Source: a bacterium
GTDB taxonomy: Bacteria; Patescibacteriota; Saccharimonadia; Saccharimonadales; SZUA-47
NCBI GenBank assembly: GCA_030430915.1
Contig: JAUIKH010000003.1
Coordinates: forward strand, 1-42,994
Direction of reading: 5' to 3'
Length of the DNA stretch: 42,994 nt
In this document: positions 1 through 10,185 of the stretch, in pieces
Position numbering within the stretch: position 1 is the first letter of the stretch
Layout of the letters: every line of letters starts with the position of its first letter
Made by a program: the position numbers and the translations under genes
Notes under the pieces: generated by a model
What the model saw: the letters and a program-made list of their open reading frames with translations, nothing else
The model's database searches: none
Told to the model about the DNA's origin: nothing

Positions 1-888
1 GGCACGGAAGGTACAGATCTAGGTGATGAGCTGTCTATGGCTTATGCCCAACGCGACTCCTTAAAATCTATTTTAGAGGGAGCTCAAGAAACTGTAAAAG
101 GGCTTGAATCTCAGCTTAAAAGCACGCATAAGCAAGCAAATAATGTAAAAGGGGAAATCCTTGATGCCAAAGATGAAAAAGCATTAAATCTTCTACATGA
201 GATATCACCTGACCCAACTGATTGGTTTACAGATGAAGCATATAGAATTTATGTATCAAGAGAATACGATAGATTAACTAGCGGCTATAACTGGAAACAG
301 AAAAAACTCAACCAATTAATCACAACTAGAGAGTTAATCGGGCAGGACGTAAACAAAGATAATCCTAAATATCTACAAATAAACGATAGTAGTAGAAGCT
401 GGTTGGGGAGAGTTGTTTCCCCAATTTTTGTTAAGCCAGAAGATAAAGATATTGCTAAAAAAGAAAGAAGACTAGGGTTAGGGGTCATATCAACTGGATC
501 TATCAAAATTTCGGATAACTCAATAGTGTCATCTAGTATTAGCGGTAATCGTGGAGGAGAAACAGGCACAGAGAGTCTAGATGCAAACTTGTTTGAGTAT
601 TCTAGTCGTGAAAATCGAGTTTTGAGCGCGCAAGAAGTCATAGAGCTTGATTGCTTGCAGATTACTGACCGTATGCTGGAAAAAGAACGAAGAAAAATAC
701 GAGACGAAGCCCCAAACTCTACCAAACAAATGCTGAAAATAGCAACTGCAAGGGTTGCCTTAGGTCTCCCTGCCGTTACTCAGGATGAAAGAGAAAAGAT
801 ACAAAGATTGTTTATGAATTATTCATCAGGAGAGCTGCTTAATATTATTAGTATTGAATTCTCCTTACATGGTAATCTAAAAAAATGA
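1..888 (+). CDS. Hypothetical protein, probably 5'-truncated by the window edge
   Basis: Frame 1 is open from position 1 through ATG 37 to the stop at 888. The N-terminal part is helical/coiled-coil-like; no recognisable motif. Confidence 0.65.
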   Translation, partial: GTEGTDLGDELSMAYAQRDSLKSILEGAQETVKGLESQLKSTHKQANNVKGEILDAKDEKALNLLHEISPDPTDWFTDEAYRIYVSREYDRLTSGYNWKQKKLNQLITTRELIGQDVNKDNPKYLQINDSSRSWLGRVVSPIFVKPEDKDIAKKERRLGLGVISTGSIKISDNSIVSSSISGNRGGETGTESLDANLFEYSSRENRVLSAQEVIELDCLQITDRMLEKERRKIRDEAPNSTKQMLKIATARVALGLPAVTQDEREKIQRLFMNYSSGELLNIISIEFSLHGNLKK

Positions 889-931
889 TTCTTAAATATT
901 GAGTTGCTAAAAGCGATATAATGGTTAGGCT

Positions 932-1789
932 ATGGCTAATAAATATCTCAAACGTTTTAATCTTAAAAAGTTCAAAGCCTTGTTTAGGAATAAGAAGTTA
1001 CTTGTAGTGTTTATGGCACTTTTAACTACATTAGTAATCAGCTCAGCAACATATGCACTAGTTAACAATAATACAGAGCCAGAAGTGGTAGAAGTATCTG
1101 AGCCCACAGAACAACAGGAAGAGCCAGAAGTTGAGTCTGAGGAAGAACCACCAGAAACACCTGCTCCAGTAGAGCTTGAACCTACCCCTAAACCCGAGCC
1201 AGAACCGGTCAGCCCATGGCCGGTTACATTCAGCCTAGATCAGGCTTCTAGTTTAACTGTGGTAGTCAATAAAAAGCACAAACTCCCTAGCAATTATGTA
1301 CCGTCATTGACAGGCGTAGCGGGCGGGCAAATGCGTCCAGAAGCAGCTAGCGCTCTAAACACCATGCTTCAAGCTGCCCAAAACGATGGCGTTCCTATGA
1401 AAATCATTAGCTCTTATCGGTCTTATCCTACTCAAGTAAGTACTTACAACAAATGGGTTAGAATTGATGGTCAGGCTCAGGCTGACCGTTCAAGTGCTCG
1501 TCCGGGCCACAGTGAGCACCAGACAGGTTTAGCAGTAGATCTAGGAGTTCCTAATGGTAACTGTGATTTGTTAATATGTTTTGGCTCCACTGCACAAGGT
1601 CAGTGGCTGGCTACATATGCCCAAAAGTATGGATTTATCGTGAGGTATGAGAGCAACACAGAAGCAATTACAGGCTATCAATACGAACCGTGGCATATGC
1701 GCTATTTAGGAGTATCTACTGCAACGGCTGTAAAAAACAGCGGGCAAACCTTAGATCAATACTACGGTGTAGAAGCCGGTGGCTATTAA
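932..1789 (+). CDS. Membrane-anchored M15B family carboxypeptidase (VanY/LdcB-like)
   Basis: N-terminal TM helix, Glu/Pro-rich linker, motifs SYRS, SARPGHSEHQTGLAVD (SxHxxGxAxD) and YEPWH. Confidence 0.9.
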   Translation: MANKYLKRFNLKKFKALFRNKKLLVVFMALLTTLVISSATYALVNNNTEPEVVEVSEPTEQQEEPEVESEEEPPETPAPVELEPTPKPEPEPVSPWPVTFSLDQASSLTVVVNKKHKLPSNYVPSLTGVAGGQMRPEAASALNTMLQAAQNDGVPMKIISSYRSYPTQVSTYNKWVRIDGQAQADRSSARPGHSEHQTGLAVDLGVPNGNCDLLICFGSTAQGQWLATYAQKYGFIVRYESNTEAITGYQYEPWHMRYLGVSTATAVKNSGQTLDQYYGVEAGGY

Positions 1790-1802
1790 TAAATAGTTTA
1801 GT

Positions 1803-3623
1803 TTACGATTTGGCGGCTCGTTTTCTTTTATTATGATCTAACTCTTTTTTTCGTAATCTCAAGTTTTCCGGTGTTACTTCTAATAATTCGTCGTTCTCAA
1901 TAAAATCTAGGCACTGTTCTAGGCTTAGTTTTGTGTATGGAGTCAACTGCACGACTCCATCAGAGCTAGAACTTCGCATATTAGTCAAATGTTTTTCTTT
2001 ACAAACATTAACCTCCAAATCATCACCGCGAGTGTTTAAGCCAACTATTTGGCCAGCGTAAACTGTTTGTCCAGCATCTACGTAGAGCTCGCCTCTACTT
2101 TCTGCATTTTGCAAGGCATACGGTGTAGTTGTTCCGTTTTCCCATGCTACTAATACTCCATTACGCAGCTGGTCTAATGAGCTACTTATCGGTGCGTATG
2201 AGTCCAGTAGAGTATTCATAATAATTGTGCCTTTTGTGGCTGTTAACAACGAGTTTCTAGCTCCTAGCAGCGATCTAGTTGGAATTTTATAAATTAGTTT
2301 AGTAATATTTTTGTCGGTGCTAAACTGGTCCACAAGTTCTGCTTTTCGGCGTCCAAATTCCATTTGCACAGAGCCCACGTGTTCAGCTGGAATTTCCACA
2401 ATTACTTCTTCTACCGGTTCTTTTTCTTGGCCATCTATAGTTTGAGTTACAACTTGAGGTCTACCTACTTCGAATTCAAATCCTTCACGCCTCATGGTTT
2501 CTATCAAAACAGATAAATGTAACTCACCCCTACCAGCAACCAAAAAGCCAATTCCTTGTTCCGTTATCTCTAACCCAACATTTGTTTCTAATTCTTTTTT
2601 CAACCTTTCACCAATTTGTCTAGATGTGTTAAATTCTGCCTCCTTACCTTTAAGCGGACTCGTATTAGGACCCAAATATATTTGTAAAGTTGGTTTTTCT
2701 ACTTCTATTGATGGCAAAGCTTCAGGGTTATCAAGGCTAGTGATCGTGTCACCTATTTTGGCATTAGGCAGACCAGTCACAGAGACAATATCACCTGCAA
2801 CTGCGCTGTCTACCTCAATAAATTTTAAGCCAATTGTTCGATAGATTTTATCTATTTTGCCCTTGTCTATTTGGCTATCATGACATAGAGATACAGGAGA
2901 ATTCTTGCTGACTTTACCCCGCTCTACTCTACCAACAGCATATTTTCCTTGAAAACTATCATATCTAAGCGATGAAACAAGCATCTGTAAATCACCTTCT
3001 GTATCAACATTTGGCCGGCTAACATCTTTAATAATAGACTCAAAAATTACTGTTAAATCTGCGTTCTCATTGATATTTTTTGGGAACTCGCTCCAAGCTT
3101 TGGATTCTCTACCTATAGCGTAATAAATTGGATAATGTAACTGATCTTCGTGTATAGCTAGTTCTAAAAATAGATTGTCTAATTCATCTTTTACTTCATT
3201 AACACGGGCAGCTGGTTTATCAATTTTGTTTATAACGACTATAGGTTTTAGTTCAAGCTGCAAAGCCTTACTGAGCACGAATTTGGTTTGAGGCATTGGG
3301 CCTTCTTGAGCATCAACGACTAAAATGCAGCCATCTGCCATTCTTAGTGTACGTTCAACTTCACCTGAAAAATCTGCATGTCCTGGGGTGTCAATTATAT
3401 TAATCCGATAGTCCTTCCAGTCTACGGCGGTAATTTTGGCTGTTATTGTAATACCACGCTCTTTTTCTTGATCTCCACTGTCCATTATTAATTCTTGACT
3501 CATTTCGGCCTGGTTACTTCTAAAAGTATTAGATAGCTTTAATAAGCCATCAACTAACGTTGTTTTACCATGGTCAACATGAGCAATTATCGCAATGTTG
3601 CGAATATTTTCATTCTCTTTCAT
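1803..3623 (-). CDS. typA: Translational GTPase TypA/BipA
   Basis: [43 protein letters not shown] and ELLEVTP motifs. Confidence 0.97.
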   Translation of the reverse strand: MKENENIRNIAIIAHVDHGKTTLVDGLLKLSNTFRSNQAEMSQELIMDSGDQEKERGITITAKITAVDWKDYRINIIDTPGHADFSGEVERTLRMADGCILVVDAQEGPMPQTKFVLSKALQLELKPIVVINKIDKPAARVNEVKDELDNLFLELAIHEDQLHYPIYYAIGRESKAWSEFPKNINENADLTVIFESIIKDVSRPNVDTEGDLQMLVSSLRYDSFQGKYAVGRVERGKVSKNSPVSLCHDSQIDKGKIDKIYRTIGLKFIEVDSAVAGDIVSVTGLPNAKIGDTITSLDNPEALPSIEVEKPTLQIYLGPNTSPLKGKEAEFNTSRQIGERLKKELETNVGLEITEQGIGFLVAGRGELHLSVLIETMRREGFEFEVGRPQVVTQTIDGQEKEPVEEVIVEIPAEHVGSVQMEFGRRKAELVDQFSTDKNITKLIYKIPTRSLLGARNSLLTATKGTIIMNTLLDSYAPISSSLDQLRNGVLVAWENGTTTPYALQNAESRGELYVDAGQTVYAGQIVGLNTRGDDLEVNVCKEKHLTNMRSSSSDGVVQLTPYTKLSLEQCLDFIENDELLEVTPENLRLRKKELDHNKRKRAAKS

Positions 3624-3634
3624 AAAATCAATTA

Positions 3635-3643
3635 ATTATAACA
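3635..3643 (-). promoter_or_regulatory. Extended -10 promoter for typA
   Basis: TGtTATAAT ends 11 nt upstream of the ATG. Confidence 0.55.
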
Positions 3644-3741
3644 TGAAATTGGCAAATTACACCTTTAAACTTCTTGTGTTAAAAGTTCAAAACACATATA
3701 CTTATTATTGAATACAACTAAGTATAAAATAGAGGTAAATC

Positions 3742-4947
3742 TTGAAAGTATTAATGCTCGGTTGGGAGCTGCCTCCTCACCATGTTGGGGGTATGGGGGT
3801 TGCATGTTATCAAATGTGTAAACAACTAGCCAATACCGGTGTTGATATTGATTTCGTTTTGCCCTACACTGCGGATTTTAATATTCCATTTATGAACATT
3901 ATTCCAACAAGTGATCGATCATATGAGGATTTAAAATTTGCTGGTGGTGTATATGATGCAAAAAACTTTGGCACAAGAAAATCAAATGCATTGAATCAAG
4001 CTCTAGACTTATCTAAACAGCATAATAAATACGCTTTATCTGTTGAGAGCATAACAAAGTATGCTGAGTTCGATATAATTCATGCTCATGAATGGTTAAC
4101 TTTTAAAGCTGCGATGGCTGCAAAAGCTGTAAGCGGAAAGCCAATGATAGCTCATGTTCATGCTACACAATTTGACCAATCTGCTGGAGGCTATGGAAAC
4201 CCTGAAGTACGTGAAATCGAATATGCTGGATTAATGATGGCAGATGCTGTATTTTCTGTAAGTCAACATACTAAAGATGTACTAATTCGTGAGTACGGAA
4301 TACCTGAATCGAAAATACATGTTGTTCACAATAGCATGGAGATTAACCCAGAAGTAAATGAAGCTAGTAATTTATATAGATATCTAGAGATAATGAAGTC
4401 CAAAGGTTATAAAGTTGTAGTTAATTCAGGACGTAAAACTATTCAAAAAGGGCTTACTCATTTACTAGATACAGCTAAAAGAGTTGTGGAGAAAAACCCT
4501 AAAGTCTTATTTTTATTAGTTGGAGGCGGAGAGCAAGAAGAAGAATTATTAGAAAAAGCGGCTTATTTGGGCATATCAAAGAATGTTATATTTGCAGGCT
4601 GGATGAATGGCACTGGCAAGGCTTGGCGAGATTCATTCAAGATTGGAGATATTTTTGTAATGCCTTCAGTTTCAGAGCCCTTCGGATTAGCAGCACTAGA
4701 AGCAGTTGGCTATGGTACACCTACTCTAGTTTCTAGACAATCGGGAGTATCTGAAGTTTTAAGAAATTCTTTAGTATGTGACTATTGGGATACAGACATG
4801 ATGGCAGATATGATTTTAAATGTTGTAGAAAATGATAGTTTGAGGTCGGAGTTATGGCAAAATGCATATAACGAATATAAAGATTTGTCTTGGGAAAAAT
4901 CCGCAAATAAAATGAATGGTCATTACTGTTCCTTGGTCGGGGTTTAG
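3742..4947 (+). CDS. GT4 family glycosyltransferase (glycogen synthase-like)
   Basis: MLGWELPP..GGMG N-terminus, HAHEWLT and PSVSEPFGLAALEA (EX7E); TTG start preceded by GAGG. Confidence 0.9.
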   Translation: MKVLMLGWELPPHHVGGMGVACYQMCKQLANTGVDIDFVLPYTADFNIPFMNIIPTSDRSYEDLKFAGGVYDAKNFGTRKSNALNQALDLSKQHNKYALSVESITKYAEFDIIHAHEWLTFKAAMAAKAVSGKPMIAHVHATQFDQSAGGYGNPEVREIEYAGLMMADAVFSVSQHTKDVLIREYGIPESKIHVVHNSMEINPEVNEASNLYRYLEIMKSKGYKVVVNSGRKTIQKGLTHLLDTAKRVVEKNPKVLFLLVGGGEQEEELLEKAAYLGISKNVIFAGWMNGTGKAWRDSFKIGDIFVMPSVSEPFGLAALEAVGYGTPTLVSRQSGVSEVLRNSLVCDYWDTDMMADMILNVVENDSLRSELWQNAYNEYKDLSWEKSANKMNGHYCSLVGV

Positions 4948-4949
4948 CT

Positions 4950-6161
4950 ATGTCAAAGCAAATCGTTCTTTATCTACATGCTCATCAGCCCTTCAGGATT
5001 AAACCGTATTCAGTGTTTGATGCTGGTATTGATCACATGTATTTTAACGAAGAAGCGGATAATAATGAGGCAAATAATAGATTTATTGTAAATAAAGTTT
5101 CCGATAAGTCTTATATGCCAACAAATGAAGTACTAATTAGATTATTAAATAGGCATCCCGAGTTTAAATTGAGTTTGTCAATCACCGGAACACTGATTGA
5201 GCAATTAGAGATGTGGAGGCCAGATGTACTGGAAAGCTTCAAGATGCTAGTAGGTACAGGACAGGTAGAAATATTAGCTGAGACATATTATCACTCTTTG
5301 GCGTTCTTTTATTCCCGAAGCGAGTTTGAGCGACAAGTAGAAAAACATAAAAGAAAAATTTATGAAGTATTTGGTTTAACTCCAACAGCATTTAGAAATA
5401 CCGAGCTAGCTTACAATAACGACTTAGCTTATTGGGCGGATAAAGCAGGCTATAAAGCAATAATAGCTGAAGGTTGGGATTCTGTTCTTGGCTGGAGATC
5501 TTCGAATTACATGTACAGGCCAACTCATACTGAAAATATTAAATTACTATTAAAAAACTATAAATTAAGTGATGATGTAGCCTTTAGATTTTCTAATCAA
5601 GGTTGGTCTGAATGGCCATTAACTGCTGAAAAGTACTGTCATTGGATAAATGAAAGTAATAAAAATGATGAAATAATTAATCTATTTAAAGATTATGAAA
5701 CTTATGGAGAGCATCAGTGGGCAGACACTGGAATATTTGATTTTCTTGAAGCGTTGCCAGCAGAATGGTTAAAAACACCAGGCAATGGATTTAAAAAAGT
5801 ATCAGAAGCAGCAGAAATGTTTGAAGCCAAAGATAGGGTTGACATGCCTCATACTGTGACGTGGGCTGATAATGAGAGGGATCTTAGTGCCTGGTTAGGA
5901 AATCCAATGCAAGTTGATGCTATAAACACCCTGTATTCAATGCAAGATAAAGTTTTGGCTACAAATGATAAAGAGATAATAGCTGACTGGGAAAAACTAC
6001 AGACGAGCGACCACTTCTACTATATGTGTACAAAATGGTTTAATGATGGAGATGTACATGCTTACTTTAGCCCTTATGATTCACCCTATAAAGCTTTTAT
6101 GTATTTCATGAACACGTTTAGAGATTTGCAGGCAAGATTAGCGCAGAAAGGAACAATGTAG
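4950..6161 (+). CDS. GH57 family glycoside hydrolase (alpha-amylase-like)
   Basis: HAHQP, ETYYHSL, FRNTEL, DYETYGEHQW and LQTSDHFYYM motifs. Confidence 0.92.
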   Translation: MSKQIVLYLHAHQPFRIKPYSVFDAGIDHMYFNEEADNNEANNRFIVNKVSDKSYMPTNEVLIRLLNRHPEFKLSLSITGTLIEQLEMWRPDVLESFKMLVGTGQVEILAETYYHSLAFFYSRSEFERQVEKHKRKIYEVFGLTPTAFRNTELAYNNDLAYWADKAGYKAIIAEGWDSVLGWRSSNYMYRPTHTENIKLLLKNYKLSDDVAFRFSNQGWSEWPLTAEKYCHWINESNKNDEIINLFKDYETYGEHQWADTGIFDFLEALPAEWLKTPGNGFKKVSEAAEMFEAKDRVDMPHTVTWADNERDLSAWLGNPMQVDAINTLYSMQDKVLATNDKEIIADWEKLQTSDHFYYMCTKWFNDGDVHAYFSPYDSPYKAFMYFMNTFRDLQARLAQKGTM

Positions 6162-6162
6162 G

Positions 6163-8091
6163 GTGGCTCGAAGTGCAATTTTGGGTAATGGTGGACTAGC
6201 TGTCGGAATTGATGAAAATGGACTGGTTCATGATTTTTACTATCCATACGTAGGTTTAGAGAATTTGAACTCTGCAAGAATATCTAATCACAAGATTGGA
6301 GTATGGGTGGATGGTGAATTTTCTTGGTTAGATAATGGTGACTGGAATAATTCAATTGATATGGACGAATTTATGATAGTAAATTCAATACATATAAACA
6401 CGAGACTAGGCATTAAACTATCACTAAAATCATTCGTGGATCACGAATTTGATGCATTTATACGTAGTGTTTCTGTTGAGAATATGTCAGTTGCTGATAA
6501 AAAAGAAGTTAGAGTATTTTTTCATCAAGTTTTTCAAATTAGTAGCGGTGGAAGAGCTGATACAGCTCTATATTCACCTGATGGACATTACATACTAGAT
6601 TATAAAGGAAGATGCTGTCTGCTAATAAAAGGAAAAACTGAGAGTGGATCAGACTTTGATCAATACGCTGTTGGAAACTTTGGTATGGAGGGCAAAGAAG
6701 GCACTTATAAGGATGCAGAAGACGGTGAACTTTCAATGAGCAATGTTGAGCATGCAGGTGTGGATTCCGTAATAAGGTTTAAAGTAGATATTGAGCCAAA
6801 AAGCACGAAACTAATAAATTACTGGGTTATTGCTGCTGATTCACAGTACGAAGCTAGAAAAATAAACTTATCGGTTATAGACAAGATACCTGAGCGTATA
6901 ACAAAGCAGGAAGTATACTTTAGAAACTGGCTAAGTCCTGCAAAAAACCAGATAGATAAACTGGAAGAAAAGCACAAAAAAATTCTAATATATTCATTAT
7001 TAACAATAAAAGCTCATACTGATAAAAGGGGTGGAGTTATAGCATCATGTGATTCGTCAATATATAATTACGGTAGAGACTACTATAGTTATGTTTGGCC
7101 AAGAGACGGAGCGTTTGCTTTATGGCCTTTGATCAGACTCGGGATGTTCGAGGAAGCTAAACAATTCTTTTTATTCTGTGCCGATATTATGTCACCATAC
7201 GGCTACATGCTGCACAAGTATCAGCCGGATAAAGCGATAGGCAGTACTTGGCATCCGTTATTACACAATAACCACGCAGAATTAGCTATACAAGAAGACG
7301 AAACAGCATTAATTATTTTTATGATTGGTGAATATTTAGATTATTCTGATGATTTAGACTTCGTTAAGTCTTTATATGCAAAAATGATCCAACCTATGGC
7401 AAACTTTATGACTAAATTTATTGATGAACAAACTAACTTGCCACATGCTAGCTATGACTTATGGGAGCAGAAATTTTTGACAACCACCTTTAGCACAGCA
7501 GCTACTTATAAATCACTTGTTGTTGCATCCAAAATTGCTAATAAATTGAACCATAAAGAAGACTCTGAATTATGGGCAAAAACTGCAATAAACATTAAAA
7601 AGCAAGTAAACGCTTTTTATGATATTGACAGACAATCATTTAGAAAAGGATTTTTATTGTCTGAAGAAAATTCGTTAAAATTTGATAATACACTAGATAT
7701 TTCTAGTTTTTACGCAAGTTTCACTTTCGATTTTGTATCTTCTAAGGATCAAATACTCAATACGGCAAAAAGGATTGAAGACGAATTGTTAGACATATCC
7801 CCTTCTGGCGGAGTTTGTCGTTATGAGTACGATGATTACTTCAAGAATGAGAATAATCCTTACAAAGGAAACCCCTGGATAATAACTACTCTATGGATGT
7901 CTCAGTACTACAATCGAGTAAAAGAAACGGATAAATCTATAAAGTATTTAAACTGGGCAATTGAAAAGTCAAGCAAATCAGGTGCATTATCCGAGCAAGT
8001 CAATACTGTAAATAGTTCTAGCGTTGGGGTTACTCCACTTGTATGGAGTCACGCTGAGCTTGTAAATACAATACTTGATATATACCAATAA
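6163..8091 (+). CDS. GH15 family glucoamylase-like hydrolase
   Basis: YSYVWPRDG, QEDETA, YDLWEQ, LSEQV and PLVWSHA motifs; GTG start directly after the GH57 stop. Confidence 0.9.
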   Translation: MARSAILGNGGLAVGIDENGLVHDFYYPYVGLENLNSARISNHKIGVWVDGEFSWLDNGDWNNSIDMDEFMIVNSIHINTRLGIKLSLKSFVDHEFDAFIRSVSVENMSVADKKEVRVFFHQVFQISSGGRADTALYSPDGHYILDYKGRCCLLIKGKTESGSDFDQYAVGNFGMEGKEGTYKDAEDGELSMSNVEHAGVDSVIRFKVDIEPKSTKLINYWVIAADSQYEARKINLSVIDKIPERITKQEVYFRNWLSPAKNQIDKLEEKHKKILIYSLLTIKAHTDKRGGVIASCDSSIYNYGRDYYSYVWPRDGAFALWPLIRLGMFEEAKQFFLFCADIMSPYGYMLHKYQPDKAIGSTWHPLLHNNHAELAIQEDETALIIFMIGEYLDYSDDLDFVKSLYAKMIQPMANFMTKFIDEQTNLPHASYDLWEQKFLTTTFSTAATYKSLVVASKIANKLNHKEDSELWAKTAINIKKQVNAFYDIDRQSFRKGFLLSEENSLKFDNTLDISSFYASFTFDFVSSKDQILNTAKRIEDELLDISPSGGVCRYEYDDYFKNENNPYKGNPWIITTLWMSQYYNRVKETDKSIKYLNWAIEKSSKSGALSEQVNTVNSSSVGVTPLVWSHAELVNTILDIYQ

Positions 8092-8157
8092 AAAAACTAA
8101 TACTCTGGAAAAAAATGATGATTTTTGATAAAGTGTTACGGTAACATTTTAAAGTAA

Positions 8158-8234
8158 GCCGATATAGCTCAGTTGGTCAGAGCAGCTGTTTTGTAAACAG
8201 CGGGTCGTGGGTTCGAATCCCTCTATCGGCTCCA
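8158..8234 (+). tRNA. tRNA-Thr(UGU)
   Basis: Acceptor stem GCCGATA/TATCGGC, anticodon arm GCTGT-TTTGTAA-ACAGC, TTCGAAT T-loop, encoded CCA. Confidence 0.96.
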
Positions 8235-8242
8235 TTTAATTT

Positions 8243-8328
8243 GCAGGGTTAGTGAAGCGGTCAAACACGATAGACTGTAAATCTATTGGCATTCGCCTTC
8301 GTAGGTTCGAATCCTACACCCTGCACCA
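8243..8328 (+). tRNA. tRNA-Tyr(GUA)
   Basis: Acceptor stem GCAGGGT/ACCCTGC, anticodon loop CTGTAAA, long variable arm GGCATTCGCC, encoded CCA. Confidence 0.96.
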
Positions 8329-8352
8329 AAATACTTACGAAGTGCATAAATT

Positions 8353-8427
<75 letters not shown>

Positions 8428-8435
8428 ATAAGTTA

Positions 8436-8464
8436 TTGAAATAATCATTATAATCTGTTAGAAT
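8436..8464 (+). promoter_or_regulatory. Sigma70-type promoter for rpmG
   Basis: TTGAAA-17 nt-TAGAAT with TG extension, 9 nt before the ATG. Confidence 0.55.
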
Positions 8465-8473
8465 CTATTAAAT

Positions 8474-8680
8474 ATGGGAAAGAAGTCAGAAAAGCGTAAA
8501 ATTGTCGGATTAGTCTGTGAAGAGACTGGGCATCGCCATTATTACACTAGAAAAAATACTCAAAATACACCAGACAAACTTCGGTTAAAGAAGTATAATC
8601 CTGTTTTAAGAAAACATACTTGGTACGTTGAGACTAAGAAAAACTTAGGAAGAAATGAAGTAAAGCCTCGAAAAGGCTAA
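8474..8680 (+). CDS. rpmG: 50S ribosomal protein L33 (zinc-free type)
   Basis: YYTRKN..NTPDKLRLKKYNPVLRKHT; only one Cys. Confidence 0.95.
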   Translation: MGKKSEKRKIVGLVCEETGHRHYYTRKNTQNTPDKLRLKKYNPVLRKHTWYVETKKNLGRNEVKPRKG

Positions 8681-8684
8681 TACT

Positions 8685-9338
8685 TTATGCTACAACTCTT
8701 TTAGATCTTTTTACTTTAGTTTTTCTATTCTTTGTTACTTTAAATCTTTTAAGTCTAGTTTCTATTCTTTTAGCATCTTCAAGCCTGTCAACAGAAATAT
8801 AAGCATGATAAAGTAGGTTGAGTGATTCTCTGCTTGGTTCCAGCTCTACTGCTCTCTCTAAAGAAGTTACAACCTGTTTATTGTTATTAAGTTTTTCCTG
8901 GACTTTAGCATACGCTATGTGTCTTGCTGCCATGTTTTCTTCTAGTTTAAGTGCTTGATCAAATGCAGTACCAGCTTTTTCATAATTTTCTGTTTCGTAA
9001 TATATAAGTCCTAGATTGTGTAAACTTGAAGCAGATGGCTCTATACTACTTGCAATTTCAAAACAGTCAATTGCGTCTTTAAACTCTTTTTGTTTAGCAT
9101 ATAGTATTCCGAGTCTATTGTAGGCAGCGGCATTTTTTTTATCGATATTTAGTATAGTCAGTAAGGCTTTTTCAGCACGTGTAAATCTATTATCTTTCAT
9201 TCCTTGATGAGCAATATCCCATAAACCACTTAGTTTATCGCTGATTTTCATTGGTATAGGAGATAATTCAGTACTTCTAGGCGTACTACTGACGTATGCA
9301 AGCAAGGCAAATGCGCAAATAAGAAGTATAGAAAACAT
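8685..9338 (-). CDS. Membrane-anchored TPR-repeat protein
   Basis: N-terminal hydrophobic segment, TPR units (AYNRLGILY, SLHNLGLIYY, AFDQALKLE) and a basic tail. Confidence 0.85.
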   Translation of the reverse strand: MFSILLICAFALLAYVSSTPRSTELSPIPMKISDKLSGLWDIAHQGMKDNRFTRAEKALLTILNIDKKNAAAYNRLGILYAKQKEFKDAIDCFEIASSIEPSASSLHNLGLIYYETENYEKAGTAFDQALKLEENMAARHIAYAKVQEKLNNNKQVVTSLERAVELEPSRESLNLLYHAYISVDRLEDAKRIETRLKRFKVTKNRKTKVKRSKRVVA

Positions 9339-9345
9339 TAAAGAC

Positions 9346-9354
9346 AGTATAACA
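9346..9354 (-). promoter_or_regulatory. Extended -10 promoter giving a leaderless TPR transcript
   Basis: TGtTATACT ends 7 nt upstream of the ATG. Confidence 0.55.
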
Positions 9355-9375
9355 TTAGTTTATTTATAGAAATAA

Positions 9376-10185
9376 TCATAGTTCAACACAAAGTCTTAAA
9401 AAAATTAATTTGGTACTTACTCCGTTTTCGAACAGATATCTACATCTATTGACTACAGATAGTTTTTTTGCCCATTTTTTGACATCACTAACAGATGATC
9501 TATGTATTGCAGTTTCTGTCATTATTTTTAAGTCTTTCAATAGACTATTGAGATCATCTTTGTTTTGATATGATTTTTGAAACTGAAGACGTCTTGAAGT
9601 GTTCACTGCCAAAAATTCTTTTGAATTTTTAATTGTTGGTAGTGCGTTTTCAGGTCCATTATTTAATATATCTTCATAAAGCAGTGCTTGACCACCTGAT
9701 AGTAAGTAAGCCAATTCAGATTTCTCATTACCAGGTTCTATACTGCTTTTGCTAATCGGTAATACTTTGATTTTTTTACATCTGGAACCGATCGTAGTTA
9801 GTAGTCTAGATACACCGTCAACCTGAAATATGATACATGTTTTATCAACTGGCTCCTCAGTAATTTTTAACAGACTGTTTTGTGCTTCAATTCCCATGGC
9901 TTCTGCATTTAGTAATATTGCCACTCTACCCACTTTTTCTTCGGTTATTATTTTTGAGCTTAAAAATTTATTTAACTCCCTAGAGTCGTCTATGCTAATT
10001 GTGTTTTTATCATTTGGCTTTATAATTATCAAATTAAGTCTGTTAGCTACACCTAGTAACTCTATGGCAAGATCTATTGCAATTTTTTGAGCACCCGATT
10101 CTTTACTGCCATCAAGCACTATATTTCCATGAGGCTTTTTTACAAACCCATCTATTTGTTTTTTAGTAATACCGTTAATAATCAT
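9376..10185 (-). CDS. holB: DNA polymerase III delta' subunit-like protein
   Basis: TISIDDSR, AEAMGIEAQNSLLKITEEP and LLTTIGSRC (SRC motif); degenerate P-loop; no Cys zinc module. Confidence 0.8.
   Translation of the reverse strand: MIINGITKKQIDGFVKKPHGNIVLDGSKESGAQKIAIDLAIELLGVANRLNLIIIKPNDKNTISIDDSRELNKFLSSKIITEEKVGRVAILLNAEAMGIEAQNSLLKITEEPVDKTCIIFQVDGVSRLLTTIGSRCKKIKVLPISKSSIEPGNEKSELAYLLSGGQALLYEDILNNGPENALPTIKNSKEFLAVNTSRRLQFQKSYQNKDDLNSLLKDLKIMTETAIHRSSVSDVKKWAKKLSVVNRCRYLFENGVSTKLIFLRLCVEL

Noticed and set aside
1070-1225. Repetitive GAGCCAGAA-type sequence
   Set aside because: It encodes the Glu/Pro linker of the peptidase and is not a DNA repeat array.
5680-5720. GH57 motif LFKDYETYGEH with Lys where I would expect Met
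   Set aside because: A single substitution beside intact acidic residues; not enough to infer inactivation.
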